Virus record (IMG/VR): IMGVR_UViG_3300032288_004964
Location: 321,334 to 385,333 of that record
Reading direction: 5' to 3' (one strand)
DNA length: 64,000 nucleotides
Each line of letters begins with the position of its first letter. Positions within the stretch are counted from its first letter, which is position 1. The notes beneath the pieces were generated by a model. The model saw nothing but the letters and a program-made list of their open reading frames with translations, searched no databases and was not told the DNA's origin. Shown in pieces: positions 47,889 through 56,699 of the stretch. The position numbers and the translations under genes were made by a program.

Positions 47889-48638
47889 ATGAAATTTAGA
47901 TATTTATCAGATACCGAAATACTTAGGTGGAATAAGAGATTAGATAATAGTGGATATTCAGTATATCCGAAACCTAATAATAAATCAGCTGAGCCATATA
48001 TTTGTTTCAAACAAAAAGTAGGATATCAAAATAATGCTATGGGTAGTCAGTTTGTAATTACTACTGATCCTTTTATGAGATATGACTTTGTATTCTCAAT
48101 ATCTAGTAATAGAATTGATAATTTTTTTGAGATTTTTAATAAACTATCTAAAATTCCTTTTGGTAGTAAATCAATTTATGTAGATTTGAATAATGAAAAA
48201 ATTACTGATATTAAATTTACCGATGATATTATTGAAAGTAAAGAAGAAACAAAACATAAAGTATCCGACAAGGAATATATTAGATATACTTACCACTTTG
48301 CTGGTAAGTTATCTAGTATTATGGCTTATGTTATGTATTTAGAAGATGCTATTAATTTCCTAAGTGAGATATTTGGATATAATGAAGATGGATCAGAAGT
48401 TTGTTTGTTAAAATTTCCAATAGGTACACAAGTTTCAACATTGAAAGATAAATCAACAGATTATTTAGTTTTAGATTATGTTTATAGAAAAATGGATGGT
48501 AAGTATTTCATTAGTTATGTTGCTAGTGAAATGATTAAAAGTAATGGTAACTCTATAACATATGGTGAGGTTTTAAACTTCAATGAGAAGGATTTATGTT
48601 ATAGTAGAAATAGTAGAATAGATGATATATTAAATTAA
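47889..48638 (+). CDS. hypothetical protein with C-terminal tail motif
   Basis: ends SRNSRIDDILN. Confidence 0.75.
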   Translation: MKFRYLSDTEILRWNKRLDNSGYSVYPKPNNKSAEPYICFKQKVGYQNNAMGSQFVITTDPFMRYDFVFSISSNRIDNFFEIFNKLSKIPFGSKSIYVDLNNEKITDIKFTDDIIESKEETKHKVSDKEYIRYTYHFAGKLSSIMAYVMYLEDAINFLSEIFGYNEDGSEVCLLKFPIGTQVSTLKDKSTDYLVLDYVYRKMDGKYFISYVASEMIKSNGNSITYGEVLNFNEKDLCYSRNSRIDDILN

Positions 48639-48751
48639 TGAAAGAACTAGAAGATATATTTAATACAGAGGAATTTAAATCACTTCCTTGGATTAAAAGA
48701 TTTTGGATAAGAGTTAAAGTAGCTTTTATACAAACTATAAATATGATGTAA
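48638..48751 (+). CDS. 37-aa hypothetical protein (not in ORF track)
   Basis: MKELEDIFNTEEFKSLPWIKRFWIRVKVAFIQTINMM; TAATG overlap. Confidence 0.55.
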   Translation: MKELEDIFNTEEFKSLPWIKRFWIRVKVAFIQTINMM

Positions 48752-48781
48752 AAAAAATTAGGTTAATACTAATTTTATTTT

Positions 48782-48789
48782 TACATTTG
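48782..48789 (+). promoter_or_regulatory. Bacteroidota -7 element for the tRNA
   Basis: TACATTTG, 9-nt gap to the tRNA 5' end. Confidence 0.7.
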
Positions 48790-48798
48790 TAGATAATT

Positions 48799-48870
48799 GC
48801 AGGTATAGCTCAGTGGTAGAGCAGGATTCTCTAAAAGTCTTTGTCGTGGGTTCGATCCCCGCTACCCGCA
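48799..48870 (+). tRNA. tRNA with anticodon CUA (amber suppressor); CCA not encoded
   Basis: GCAGGTA-TA-GCTC AGTGGTA GAGC-A-GGATT CT[CTA]AA AGTCT-TTGTC-GTGGG TTCGATC CCCGC-TACCCGC-A; full cloverleaf with one A-C mismatch at 3:70. Confidence 0.88.
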
Positions 48871-48886
48871 CTAAAATAAAACAAAC

Positions 48887-49294
48887 ATGAAAAAAATCAT
48901 AACAATTCTGTTCTTATCATTTACCTCTGTTATTTTTGCAAAGGGTAATGATTCAATCTTTGAAAAATCACCAATATTATTTTCAAAGTCAAATTTTAAT
49001 TACAATACTCAAAAGATTAATCTAAAAATGAGTATGTATAAAGACTATAGTTCATCTGATAAGAGAACTGCTGGTTTAGTTTTAATGTTAGCTGGTTTAG
49101 CATTCACAACCGCTTCAATACTTGAAAGTGATGCTGCTTATGGTACTTGGACTAACAATCCTCAACCTGGTAATCCATACAATCAAACTTATACTACAAA
49201 ACCTTTTATTCAACAATTCCCACGTAATATAATGTTAGTAGTTGGTATTGGATTTACATTCTCTGGTTTTGGTGTTATGGCTAGTAATAAGTAA
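48887..49294 (+). CDS. membrane protein with signal peptide
   Basis: N-terminal signal; two hydrophobic helices. Confidence 0.7.
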   Translation: MKKIITILFLSFTSVIFAKGNDSIFEKSPILFSKSNFNYNTQKINLKMSMYKDYSSSDKRTAGLVLMLAGLAFTTASILESDAAYGTWTNNPQPGNPYNQTYTTKPFIQQFPRNIMLVVGIGFTFSGFGVMASNK

Positions 49295-49367
49295 TGAAGA
49301 ATTTAAATAATTTTTTAATTGAATAGAAATTAGATAAAGGGAGGGAAGGCATAAGAATATATACATT

Positions 49368-50075
49368 ATGGAACATTTTGTATATATTCATAAAAACCCT
49401 GTAAATGAAGAGGTATTTTATATTGGTCAAGGAACAAGACATAGAGATAAAAATGAAAGAGCTTATTCTAAAAGGTCAAGAAGTAAATGGTGGTATAATT
49501 ATGTTAATAAGTATGGAATGCCTATAGTTGAGATAGTGGCTACCAATCTCAGTAAAGAAGATGCTGATAAATTAGAAATAGACTTAATAAAGTCATATGG
49601 TAGAAAAGATATAAATGAAGGTACTTTGGTTAACCTAACCGATGGTGGTGATGGTAGTGGGAAAAGATCTTTAGAATATTGTGAACAATTATCATTGAGA
49701 ATGAGAGGAGAGAATCATCCTATGTGGGGTAAAAAACACAATAAAAATTGGGTAGAAAATAACTCTAAATCGAAAATTGGTAAAAAGTTATCAGAGGAAA
49801 CTAAAAAGAAAATGTCTGAATCAAGAAAAGGTCAGAAAAGAACAGATGAAACCAAAAGAAAAATGTCTGAATCATTATCAGGTGATAGAAATCCTATGTA
49901 TGGAAGAACTGGTGATAGAAATCCAGCTTCTAAATTAACTTGGAATATAGTTAAAGAGATAAGAGATTCATATAAAGAAGGTAATACTTCTATAAGAAAA
50001 CTAGCTAAAAAATATAATGTTTCAAACATAACAATTGAAAATGTTATTAAACATAGAACTTGGAAGGAATTATAA
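49368..50075 (+). CDS. GIY-YIG homing endonuclease with NUMOD3 repeats and C-terminal HTH
   Basis: FVYIH...FYIGQG...R; LEIDLI; NLTDGG; HPMWGKKH, SEETKKKMS, NPMYG. Confidence 0.88.
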   Translation: MEHFVYIHKNPVNEEVFYIGQGTRHRDKNERAYSKRSRSKWWYNYVNKYGMPIVEIVATNLSKEDADKLEIDLIKSYGRKDINEGTLVNLTDGGDGSGKRSLEYCEQLSLRMRGENHPMWGKKHNKNWVENNSKSKIGKKLSEETKKKMSESRKGQKRTDETKRKMSESLSGDRNPMYGRTGDRNPASKLTWNIVKEIRDSYKEGNTSIRKLAKKYNVSNITIENVIKHRTWKEL

Positions 50076-50093
50076 AAACTAATAGATAAAGAA

Positions 50094-50171
50094 ATGAATC
50101 AAGCTTATGAACTTGGATCTGTATCAAAACAAGATTATCGCAACTATAAATTAGAGAAGTTAGGAATTTAA
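50094..50171 (+). CDS. 25-aa peptide with C-terminal tail motif, possible remnant
   Basis: MNQAYELGSVSKQDYRNYKLEKLGI; TAATG coupling to the next gene. Confidence 0.45.
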   Translation: MNQAYELGSVSKQDYRNYKLEKLGI

Positions 50172-50464
50172 TGGCATACGGTGATGGTGATATTATAAAA
50201 ACTAAATTCCTTTGTAAAACAACATGTAGTGGTGGTTCCTATGGTAATATCAAAGAAAGATTTATTAAAGGAAAATGGTATGATGGTGAATATGAAACTT
50301 GGTGGTTTGAAGGTGGTTATAAAATGAATGGTGGTCACCGAAAATACTGGGCTATAAATGAAGGTGGTGTTAGAGAAGATATTGGAAAGTCTATGTTCAA
50401 AATAATTTTTGAAACAGATACAAATGAATTAAGAGATAATAAAATAGAACAAATATTAAAATAA
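50171..50464 (+). CDS. hypothetical protein with C-terminal tail motif
   Basis: ends ELRDNKIEQILK. Confidence 0.75.
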   Translation: MAYGDGDIIKTKFLCKTTCSGGSYGNIKERFIKGKWYDGEYETWWFEGGYKMNGGHRKYWAINEGGVREDIGKSMFKIIFETDTNELRDNKIEQILK

Positions 50465-50850
50465 TGGAAGAAAAAGATAATAAAATTGTAGTAAGTAATG
50501 AGTTTGTAGATATCTACCGAAACTTCAATATAGGTAATCAAGTTGATAAAATGAAAGCTCTAACTAAAAGAGAGTTGTATTTACTTTTAACTTTGTGTTT
50601 AGATAAACATTCTGATGAAAATCCAACGGTTAATAGTAATTTCAAAGACTTTAAAGAACAATGTCTTGAGATATTTGATGTTCAAGATGAAAAAACAACT
50701 GAGAATCAAATACTTTTAGATTTAATTAAAGAAAGTGGGGACCAATATATTGAAACAGATGATATTGTAGATTCTAAAGGTGATAAACTACCTGAACCTT
50801 ATACTAAGGAAGAAATTAGAGATATTAGAATTGGTATCATCGGAAAATAA
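50464..50850 (+). CDS. hypothetical protein with C-terminal tail motif
   Basis: ends EIRDIRIGIIGK. Confidence 0.75.
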   Translation: MEEKDNKIVVSNEFVDIYRNFNIGNQVDKMKALTKRELYLLLTLCLDKHSDENPTVNSNFKDFKEQCLEIFDVQDEKTTENQILLDLIKESGDQYIETDDIVDSKGDKLPEPYTKEEIRDIRIGIIGK

Positions 50851-50872
50851 TTGTTATTTAAAATAATTTTTG

Positions 50873-50880
50873 TATATTTG
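50873..50880 (+). promoter_or_regulatory. Bacteroidota -7 element
   Basis: TATATTTG upstream of ATG 50899. Confidence 0.7.
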
Positions 50881-50898
50881 TAATTCAAATAAAATAAT

Positions 50899-52107
50899 AT
50901 GACTGAACAAGAAACTAAAACTGAAGAAGTAAAAGAACCAATTATCGGAGAATTTAAACCTAAGCGTAAATTCCTAAACTTTGTATCTGCCGTAAATGGT
51001 GCTAAAATCCGTTTTATAAGGGATATTGCCTTCTTAAAGGCTGAAAAACTATCAGGTATTCTTGATGGTGTAGTATTTAAAATTACAATCTGTGATGAAG
51101 GTACAATTAACTTTGAAGAAGTTGATACTAACCGTTGTGATAAAGCAATGATTCAAAGATTTGTTGATGAACTTAGTGAAACTCCAACTACTGGATACGC
51201 ACAAAAATTTGTAGTATCTGGATTTGAGTTCACAGATGTTGATGGTAGTCGTTGCTACTTAGAAGTAGAAGAAAAGAAACCTATTGATAAATTAAAAGCT
51301 TTATTTGATAAGCCAGAAGTATCTGAAAAGGGTTTATCTATTTTAGACCAATTATTTGGATCTGATGATTTAGATTTAACTGAAGATGATGTTGAGATTA
51401 TTGTTGAGGCAAATGAAAACCCACCAGCTCCGAATGAAGAGTTAAAAGGTGCGGCTGAATCATATATGGAAGAATCATTCCGTAAGATGAATGAAGGAAA
51501 AGTTTTAGAACTTAAATCACGAATTGAAGATAAGCAAAAAGAGATTATTCAATTCAACCGTGAGATTTCTCAATCTGAGAAGAAATTAAAAGAATCTACT
51601 GAACAATTAGGAGTTCTTGAGACTCGTTTAGAAACAATGTCACCTGGTGATGAACCTAATGGTTTTGTATTCTATGTATCAGAAGAACAAAAGAATGAGT
51701 TAGGATTAGATGAAAATACAAAGGCTATTGCTGATAAGATTGCTGATCTAATGAGTCTTAAAAAAGATGTTCTTTTTGATTACTTAACAGGTGGTTTTTA
51801 TAAAATAAAAATCGCTAAGAAAGATGATATTACTAATCAAGATTTTCAATTAGATAAAGATATCTATGAGAAGATATCAACTCTTGATGTAACTGGTAAA
51901 ATGACCGTTGTTGATGGATCATTTGAATACCGTGGAACATTAAATTGGCATCAATTAGTTTCAAAGATGTTAAGAAAAGGATTTGAACAAGATCCTGATT
52001 TTGATAAACTTTGTCAATCTAATTCATATGAGAGTAAGGAAGAATTAAAAGATGATCATAGCTGTGATGATGCTGGTTGTGGTGATGGTGGTTGTTCAAT
52101 TAAATAA
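50899..52107 (+). CDS. hypothetical coiled-coil protein
   Basis: 402-aa ORF with strong codon bias. Confidence 0.8.
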   Translation: MTEQETKTEEVKEPIIGEFKPKRKFLNFVSAVNGAKIRFIRDIAFLKAEKLSGILDGVVFKITICDEGTINFEEVDTNRCDKAMIQRFVDELSETPTTGYAQKFVVSGFEFTDVDGSRCYLEVEEKKPIDKLKALFDKPEVSEKGLSILDQLFGSDDLDLTEDDVEIIVEANENPPAPNEELKGAAESYMEESFRKMNEGKVLELKSRIEDKQKEIIQFNREISQSEKKLKESTEQLGVLETRLETMSPGDEPNGFVFYVSEEQKNELGLDENTKAIADKIADLMSLKKDVLFDYLTGGFYKIKIAKKDDITNQDFQLDKDIYEKISTLDVTGKMTVVDGSFEYRGTLNWHQLVSKMLRKGFEQDPDFDKLCQSNSYESKEELKDDHSCDDAGCGDGGCSIK

Positions 52108-52116
52108 ATAAAATAA

Positions 52117-52578
52117 ATGTTAGGATATAATTTAAAATACCGTTATAAAAGAATTCGTGTTTATTGGAGACAATGGCAAATGTCTATCAATGATACAATG
52201 ACTGCAGATAAGAGAAAACTAACTCCCTACGAGGAAAAGGCTATTCGCCTTTGGAGATTATGTCTTAAAGATGAAGATACTCAAATGGCTTATAATACAC
52301 ATGGTGTTAGACAAATTGAGAAAGAACATCTTTTCATTATGTTTCAACCAGGTGGTAATCAAGATTATATTATGACTATCATGGATGTAAATAATGATAG
52401 TAGAAGTTTATATGAGTTTCACATTCCTCAGAAAGATTCTGATGATGTTTGTGAGTATTTTGACTTAGAAATGGAAAAGCGAATGAGAAAAGTTGAAAAT
52501 AATAAAAGAAGTATTATTGAGACTGATATTGATAAGTTGCTAGCACAAGAAGAAAAAAATATCAAAAAAGTATCATAA
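52117..52578 (+). CDS. hypothetical protein
   Basis: 153-aa ORF. Confidence 0.75.
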   Translation: MLGYNLKYRYKRIRVYWRQWQMSINDTMTADKRKLTPYEEKAIRLWRLCLKDEDTQMAYNTHGVRQIEKEHLFIMFQPGGNQDYIMTIMDVNNDSRSLYEFHIPQKDSDDVCEYFDLEMEKRMRKVENNKRSIIETDIDKLLAQEEKNIKKVS

Positions 52579-52602
52579 TTTTGATATTTATAAAAATCTC
52601 CT

Positions 52603-52610
52603 TATATTTG
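52603..52610 (+). promoter_or_regulatory. Bacteroidota -7 element
   Basis: TATATTTG upstream of ATG 52633. Confidence 0.7.
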
Positions 52611-52632
52611 TAAAACAAATTAAAATATTAAA

Positions 52633-54129
52633 ATGGTAATAAAAAACATACACGAAAAGCTTTTAGCTGGTATCCAAACAATGTTAATTGATACTAAGGT
52701 TAATCTACCTTACTACGGTGAATTTAATCTTCATATCAGTTTCCATGAGCAAGATTCTATCGGTACTTGTGCAGTTAATGTAACAAGTAAAGGTATGAAT
52801 TTCTTCTATTCTCCTAAATTCCTTGAGAATATGTCACAAAAAGAAGTGAACTTCATTACTTTACATGAAGACTTCCACTTACTTTTCAATCACCCACGTA
52901 GAACCGTTACTGGTCAGTATGACCACAAACTTTCTAATATTGTTCAAGATATGATTATTAATCATGTTATTTGGGAAGATATTTCACATACCTTTGTTGA
53001 AATTCCTAAATCAAAAGATGGTAAGAATATGGCTCTATTTGTTCCAAAAGATTACACTGGTAAGTTAATCTTTGAAGAACTTTATGAGTGGATGAAAGAA
53101 CAAAAAGAGAAGTGGGAAAAAGAGAAAAAGAAAAACTCTGAATGTCAATCTTGTAAAGGATCTGGTAAGAAAGATCAAAAAGGTGATAAAGGCGACAAAG
53201 GAGAAAAAGGTGATAAAGGCGACAAAGGTAAAGGCGAAGGTCAACCTAGCAATGAAAAAGGTGATAGCCAAGGCGAAGGTCAAGGTGAAGGCGATGGTCA
53301 AGGTGAATCTTGTCCAGATTGTGGTGGTTCTGGTTCAGAAGGTGGTAAAGACTCTACTGGTAAACCATCATACGGTCCTTATGGTAAGAACCCATCTAAA
53401 GATGGTGGTGACTCATTAGATACTTGGTCTAAAGAGCAAATCTTTGAGGATATGGAAAAGAACAACGGTGAATATATGGATAAACATATTGGAGACGATG
53501 TTCCTGAAGAAATGCGTGAAGCAATGGTTAAAGATGTTATGGAGCGTTTAGCGGCTCGTGGTTTATCTGCGGGTAATGTTGAAGCTACTCTTAACAAACT
53601 TCGTAAGAAGCGTAAAGACTACTTGAAAGAAATCAAGAGAGCAGTATCAAATATGATTTTTGGTACCGTAAAACAAAAAACTATTGTTAAGCCTAACCGT
53701 CGTCAAATCGCTGGTCTAAAGGGTAACCGTAAAGTAAAAACAGCAATCAATGTTATCTTAGATACATCTGGTTCAATGGGTAACACCTTTGAGAAAGTTC
53801 TATCTTACATTTACCGTAATGACATTGAGGTGAATATGATTCAAGCTGATACTCAAGTTAATTGGGTTGAGAAGTTTATGGACCAAAAGAAGATTGACAG
53901 AATGAAAATTTCTGGGTTAGGTGGAACAATTTTAACTCCAGCGGTTGATTATGTAGTTGAGCACTTTAATCAATATAATACTTGTATTTTGACAGATGGA
54001 TATTGTGACAGTTTAGACCTCTCTGGATTAAAAGGAAAGGTGTTGATTATATCAATAGGAGTGAAAGTTCCAATCTCTAAATCTAATGGTAAAGTCAAAC
54101 AGATTTGTGTTGATATTAATGACAAGTAA
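52633..54129 (+). CDS. metallopeptidase-like (HExxH) + vWA domain protein
   Basis: LHEDFH, DMIINH, ILDTSGSMG (MIDAS), GGGT-like GLGGT, LTDGY. Confidence 0.85.
   Translation: MVIKNIHEKLLAGIQTMLIDTKVNLPYYGEFNLHISFHEQDSIGTCAVNVTSKGMNFFYSPKFLENMSQKEVNFITLHEDFHLLFNHPRRTVTGQYDHKLSNIVQDMIINHVIWEDISHTFVEIPKSKDGKNMALFVPKDYTGKLIFEELYEWMKEQKEKWEKEKKKNSECQSCKGSGKKDQKGDKGDKGEKGDKGDKGKGEGQPSNEKGDSQGEGQGEGDGQGESCPDCGGSGSEGGKDSTGKPSYGPYGKNPSKDGGDSLDTWSKEQIFEDMEKNNGEYMDKHIGDDVPEEMREAMVKDVMERLAARGLSAGNVEATLNKLRKKRKDYLKEIKRAVSNMIFGTVKQKTIVKPNRRQIAGLKGNRKVKTAINVILDTSGSMGNTFEKVLSYIYRNDIEVNMIQADTQVNWVEKFMDQKKIDRMKISGLGGTILTPAVDYVVEHFNQYNTCILTDGYCDSLDLSGLKGKVLIISIGVKVPISKSNGKVKQICVDINDK
53177..53228 (+). repeat. 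27-bp-period tandem repeat encoding collagen-like GDK triplets
   Basis: aaaaaggtgataaaggcgacaaagg twice. Confidence 0.75.
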
Positions 54130-54150
54130 TAATATCCTAATATTATTTAA

Positions 54151-54180
54151 AAAAGACTCGAAAATTACTTCGAGTCTTTT
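54151..54180. terminator. bidirectional intrinsic terminator
   Basis: aaaagactcgaa-aattac-ttcgagtctttt. Confidence 0.85.
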
Positions 54181-55082
54181 TTGTTTTTAAACTCTCTAAT
54201 AAACTCTATCTCACACTTTTCCTTCTTTAATCCATTAATCCATTGTTTTGTTATACAAATATTTTCTATTCCTCCTATTTCCTCAGGGTCTATATTATTA
54301 TAGAATCCATAAATAACTGATGTTTTGTGGTCAAAGTGTGGAAAGTTTCTATCATTTGGGCTTAAACTAAAGTTGTCTTTAATATATTCACCATCATAAT
54401 AATCAAGACCATCCCAACAACTTAAAACATCATCTTTTATTCTACATGTTATTCTATTTACGGATAATCTATATTTTCTATATTCTGAAACTAAATCATC
54501 TGGTAACTGAAATCCTCTACTAATCCTTGTTTTTTTTCTTGATTCCTGTCCCTCTTTAGTTTTGGACTGATGATCTACTCCATATTTTTCCAAACAAGTT
54601 CTAATTGTTTTTTCTTTGAACTCTTCAGTTTTTGTATAATTACTTACTCCATATTTTTCTAAACAGGTTTCCTTAATTTTATCTTTTGTTAATTCTAAAA
54701 ACATTGGATGTTCAACACCATACTTTTCTACAAGAGTTTCTTTTATTTTATCTTTAATTTCTTCTACTTGAAATGGATTATTGACTCCCCATTTTGCTTG
54801 ACAGACATCTTTTATTTTTTGATTGGAGCATTCAATAGATGAGCAAGAAGATTTATTTACTAATTTAGTAGTTAAGTTATATCTTTTATATGGTAATCTT
54901 AATGGTTTATTGCAATAGTCACAGGTTATGTCTATTTCGTAATGTGATGATTTTGATAGAATTGATAGTGGAATTTTAGCAATATCTCCTACTTTTAAAT
55001 CTTTACTTAGGTTATACTTTTTGACTAGTTTATTAAAGGTTCTATTTGTTAATGGTATTTCTACCTCTTTTGATATTATCAT
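54165..55082 (-). CDS. homing endonuclease-like: Zn finger, EKYGV repeats, HNH-like C-terminus
   Basis: CDYC..., EKYGVEH/EKYGVSN/EKYGVDH, PHFDHKTS...N...N..K. Confidence 0.75.
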   Translation of the reverse strand: MIISKEVEIPLTNRTFNKLVKKYNLSKDLKVGDIAKIPLSILSKSSHYEIDITCDYCNKPLRLPYKRYNLTTKLVNKSSCSSIECSNQKIKDVCQAKWGVNNPFQVEEIKDKIKETLVEKYGVEHPMFLELTKDKIKETCLEKYGVSNYTKTEEFKEKTIRTCLEKYGVDHQSKTKEGQESRKKTRISRGFQLPDDLVSEYRKYRLSVNRITCRIKDDVLSCWDGLDYYDGEYIKDNFSLSPNDRNFPHFDHKTSVIYGFYNNIDPEEIGGIENICITKQWINGLKKEKCEIEFIREFKNKKDSK

Positions 55083-55185
55083 AATATTCTATTATTTTAT
55101 ATCTTATATATAAAAGAGAATAGTCCCTCCTGGTCCATTAATTTCTCCTTTTTTATCCGTATATTGTAATAATAATATATAATGT

Positions 55186-55689
55186 ATGATATATTGCTTA
55201 GGATTTGAAAAATATTATGAGGATAAAGAGTATCACACTGATGCTTGTTCTGCCTTGCTTTCTATCTATGATATCTACAGAAGAAGAGGATTGAATTGTT
55301 CTTTTTTATATAAGTATAAACTACCTAACTTAAAAAATGAGTGGGTAAATCCTAAGGAGATACAAAATAAATTTGGAGCAGTTAATCCAGATAGATTAGA
55401 TTTTTCCAAGATTGATACTGACTATGTTATATTATATCATTTAGATATTTATGAAAGTTGTCCTGGTAGAATTGGAGAAATATTTGAATTTTGTATAAAA
55501 AATAATAAGGATTTATTTCTTCCAGTTAAAATTGGAACTTATTCATTCAATCCAGATTTTTGGAAAGAGATAAGAAATCAATTAAACAAATATGATCATC
55601 AGTTATTTGAAATTAAACAAATAGAAGATGAGTTTAAGTTACAAAAAGTAATAGAAAGAGATTTTACATTAAAAAATTTACTAAATTAA
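55186..55689 (+). CDS. hypothetical protein with C-terminal tail motif
   Basis: ends IERDFTLKNLLN. Confidence 0.75.
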   Translation: MIYCLGFEKYYEDKEYHTDACSALLSIYDIYRRRGLNCSFLYKYKLPNLKNEWVNPKEIQNKFGAVNPDRLDFSKIDTDYVILYHLDIYESCPGRIGEIFEFCIKNNKDLFLPVKIGTYSFNPDFWKEIRNQLNKYDHQLFEIKQIEDEFKLQKVIERDFTLKNLLN

Positions 55690-56697
55690 ACTATTATCAT
55701 AATTGTGGTTAAGAGTAATTCTTAAAAAAGTTCTTCTTTTACCTTTACTAATTAACAATGTTTCGTGAGGTGTATTACTTGACATAAAGTATAATTGATT
55801 CTTTTCAAAAATAACTTTTTTATCATCAGTTAACTGGTCTTCCATTTTCTCAAATGAACCTTCTGACATAATCTCACCGTGGAAATCACCAGTCCAAGCT
55901 TGACACCCAACTTCAGTTGATACAGTTAAGATACCACCTTTTGAAGATGATACATATTCAGAGATAGGAATAACAATATCATAAGGTAGAACCCAATCCA
56001 TTTTAACGTGTGAGTTATCTGGTTGTTCTTCAAATTTTGATTCTCTTATTATTCTAGCAACACCATCTTCACCTCTTACAATTTTAAATTGTGGAGTTCC
56101 TGATTTTGATCTTGCCCCACCCCAACTTGGCATTGGTTCAGCACCACCCCAAGAAGATTTAGAAGTAACTGGCTCAGCGCCTCCCCAACTTGATTTAGGA
56201 CTAGCACCACCCCAAGATGATTTAGATGTTGGTTCTTGATAAGAAGCACCACCCCAAGATGATCCACCGTAAGAAGCACCACCCCAAGAAGCTTTCTCTG
56301 TAATAGCTGATGAGAAATAAGGATCAACACAGAAGTTACCATCTATGTGAACACCTTCTCTTCTCAAAAACTCATCTGTTGTAAAGAATTTTGTATCTAT
56401 TGTAACATAGTGAGTGTTAGCACCTTCTTGTAAAGGAATATATTTTAGAACTTCATTGAAAGATTCTTCCCATTGTTTGAAACCTTCTGGTAAAGAAACC
56501 CAAGAACCATTGTTTTCAAATGGCATAACACTTAGTTTGAAATCACCAGTATTTGGATCTGGTAGAATAACTTCACCAAGATTTTTAACACTTGTTCTGT
56601 GATAGTTAACATTTTCAATAAGCATTTTTTCTGATTTACTTTCAGGCTTTGATAGTAAACTTTCTTTGAATTTTAATAAGTTTTTTAAATACTTCAT
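55681..56697 (-). CDS. 2OG-Fe(II) oxygenase-like protein with N-terminal tag and SWGG-repeat insert
   Basis: GVHIDGN (HxD), TPHET (His), RRTFLRIT (Arg); MKYLKNLLKFKES. Confidence 0.65.
   Translation of the reverse strand: MKYLKNLLKFKESLLSKPESKSEKMLIENVNYHRTSVKNLGEVILPDPNTGDFKLSVMPFENNGSWVSLPEGFKQWEESFNEVLKYIPLQEGANTHYVTIDTKFFTTDEFLRREGVHIDGNFCVDPYFSSAITEKASWGGASYGGSSWGGASYQEPTSKSSWGGASPKSSWGGAEPVTSKSSWGGAEPMPSWGGARSKSGTPQFKIVRGEDGVARIIRESKFEEQPDNSHVKMDWVLPYDIVIPISEYVSSSKGGILTVSTEVGCQAWTGDFHGEIMSEGSFEKMEDQLTDDKKVIFEKNQLYFMSSNTPHETLLISKGKRRTFLRITLNHNYDNSLI
56111..56292 (-). repeat. six SWGGA peptide repeats
   Basis: plus-strand gcaccaccccaag four times plus two variants. Confidence 0.85.
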
Positions 56698-56699
56698 AA

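Noticed and set aside
48799-48870. Pyrrolysine tRNA
   Set aside because: Canonical D loop (GG), TTC T loop, 5-bp anticodon stem and 5-nt variable loop, unlike tRNA-Pyl; no pyl genes seen
49324-50090. Group I intron around the GIY-YIG gene
   Set aside because: Only about 45 nt of non-coding flank upstream and none downstream; no room for a P3-P7 core
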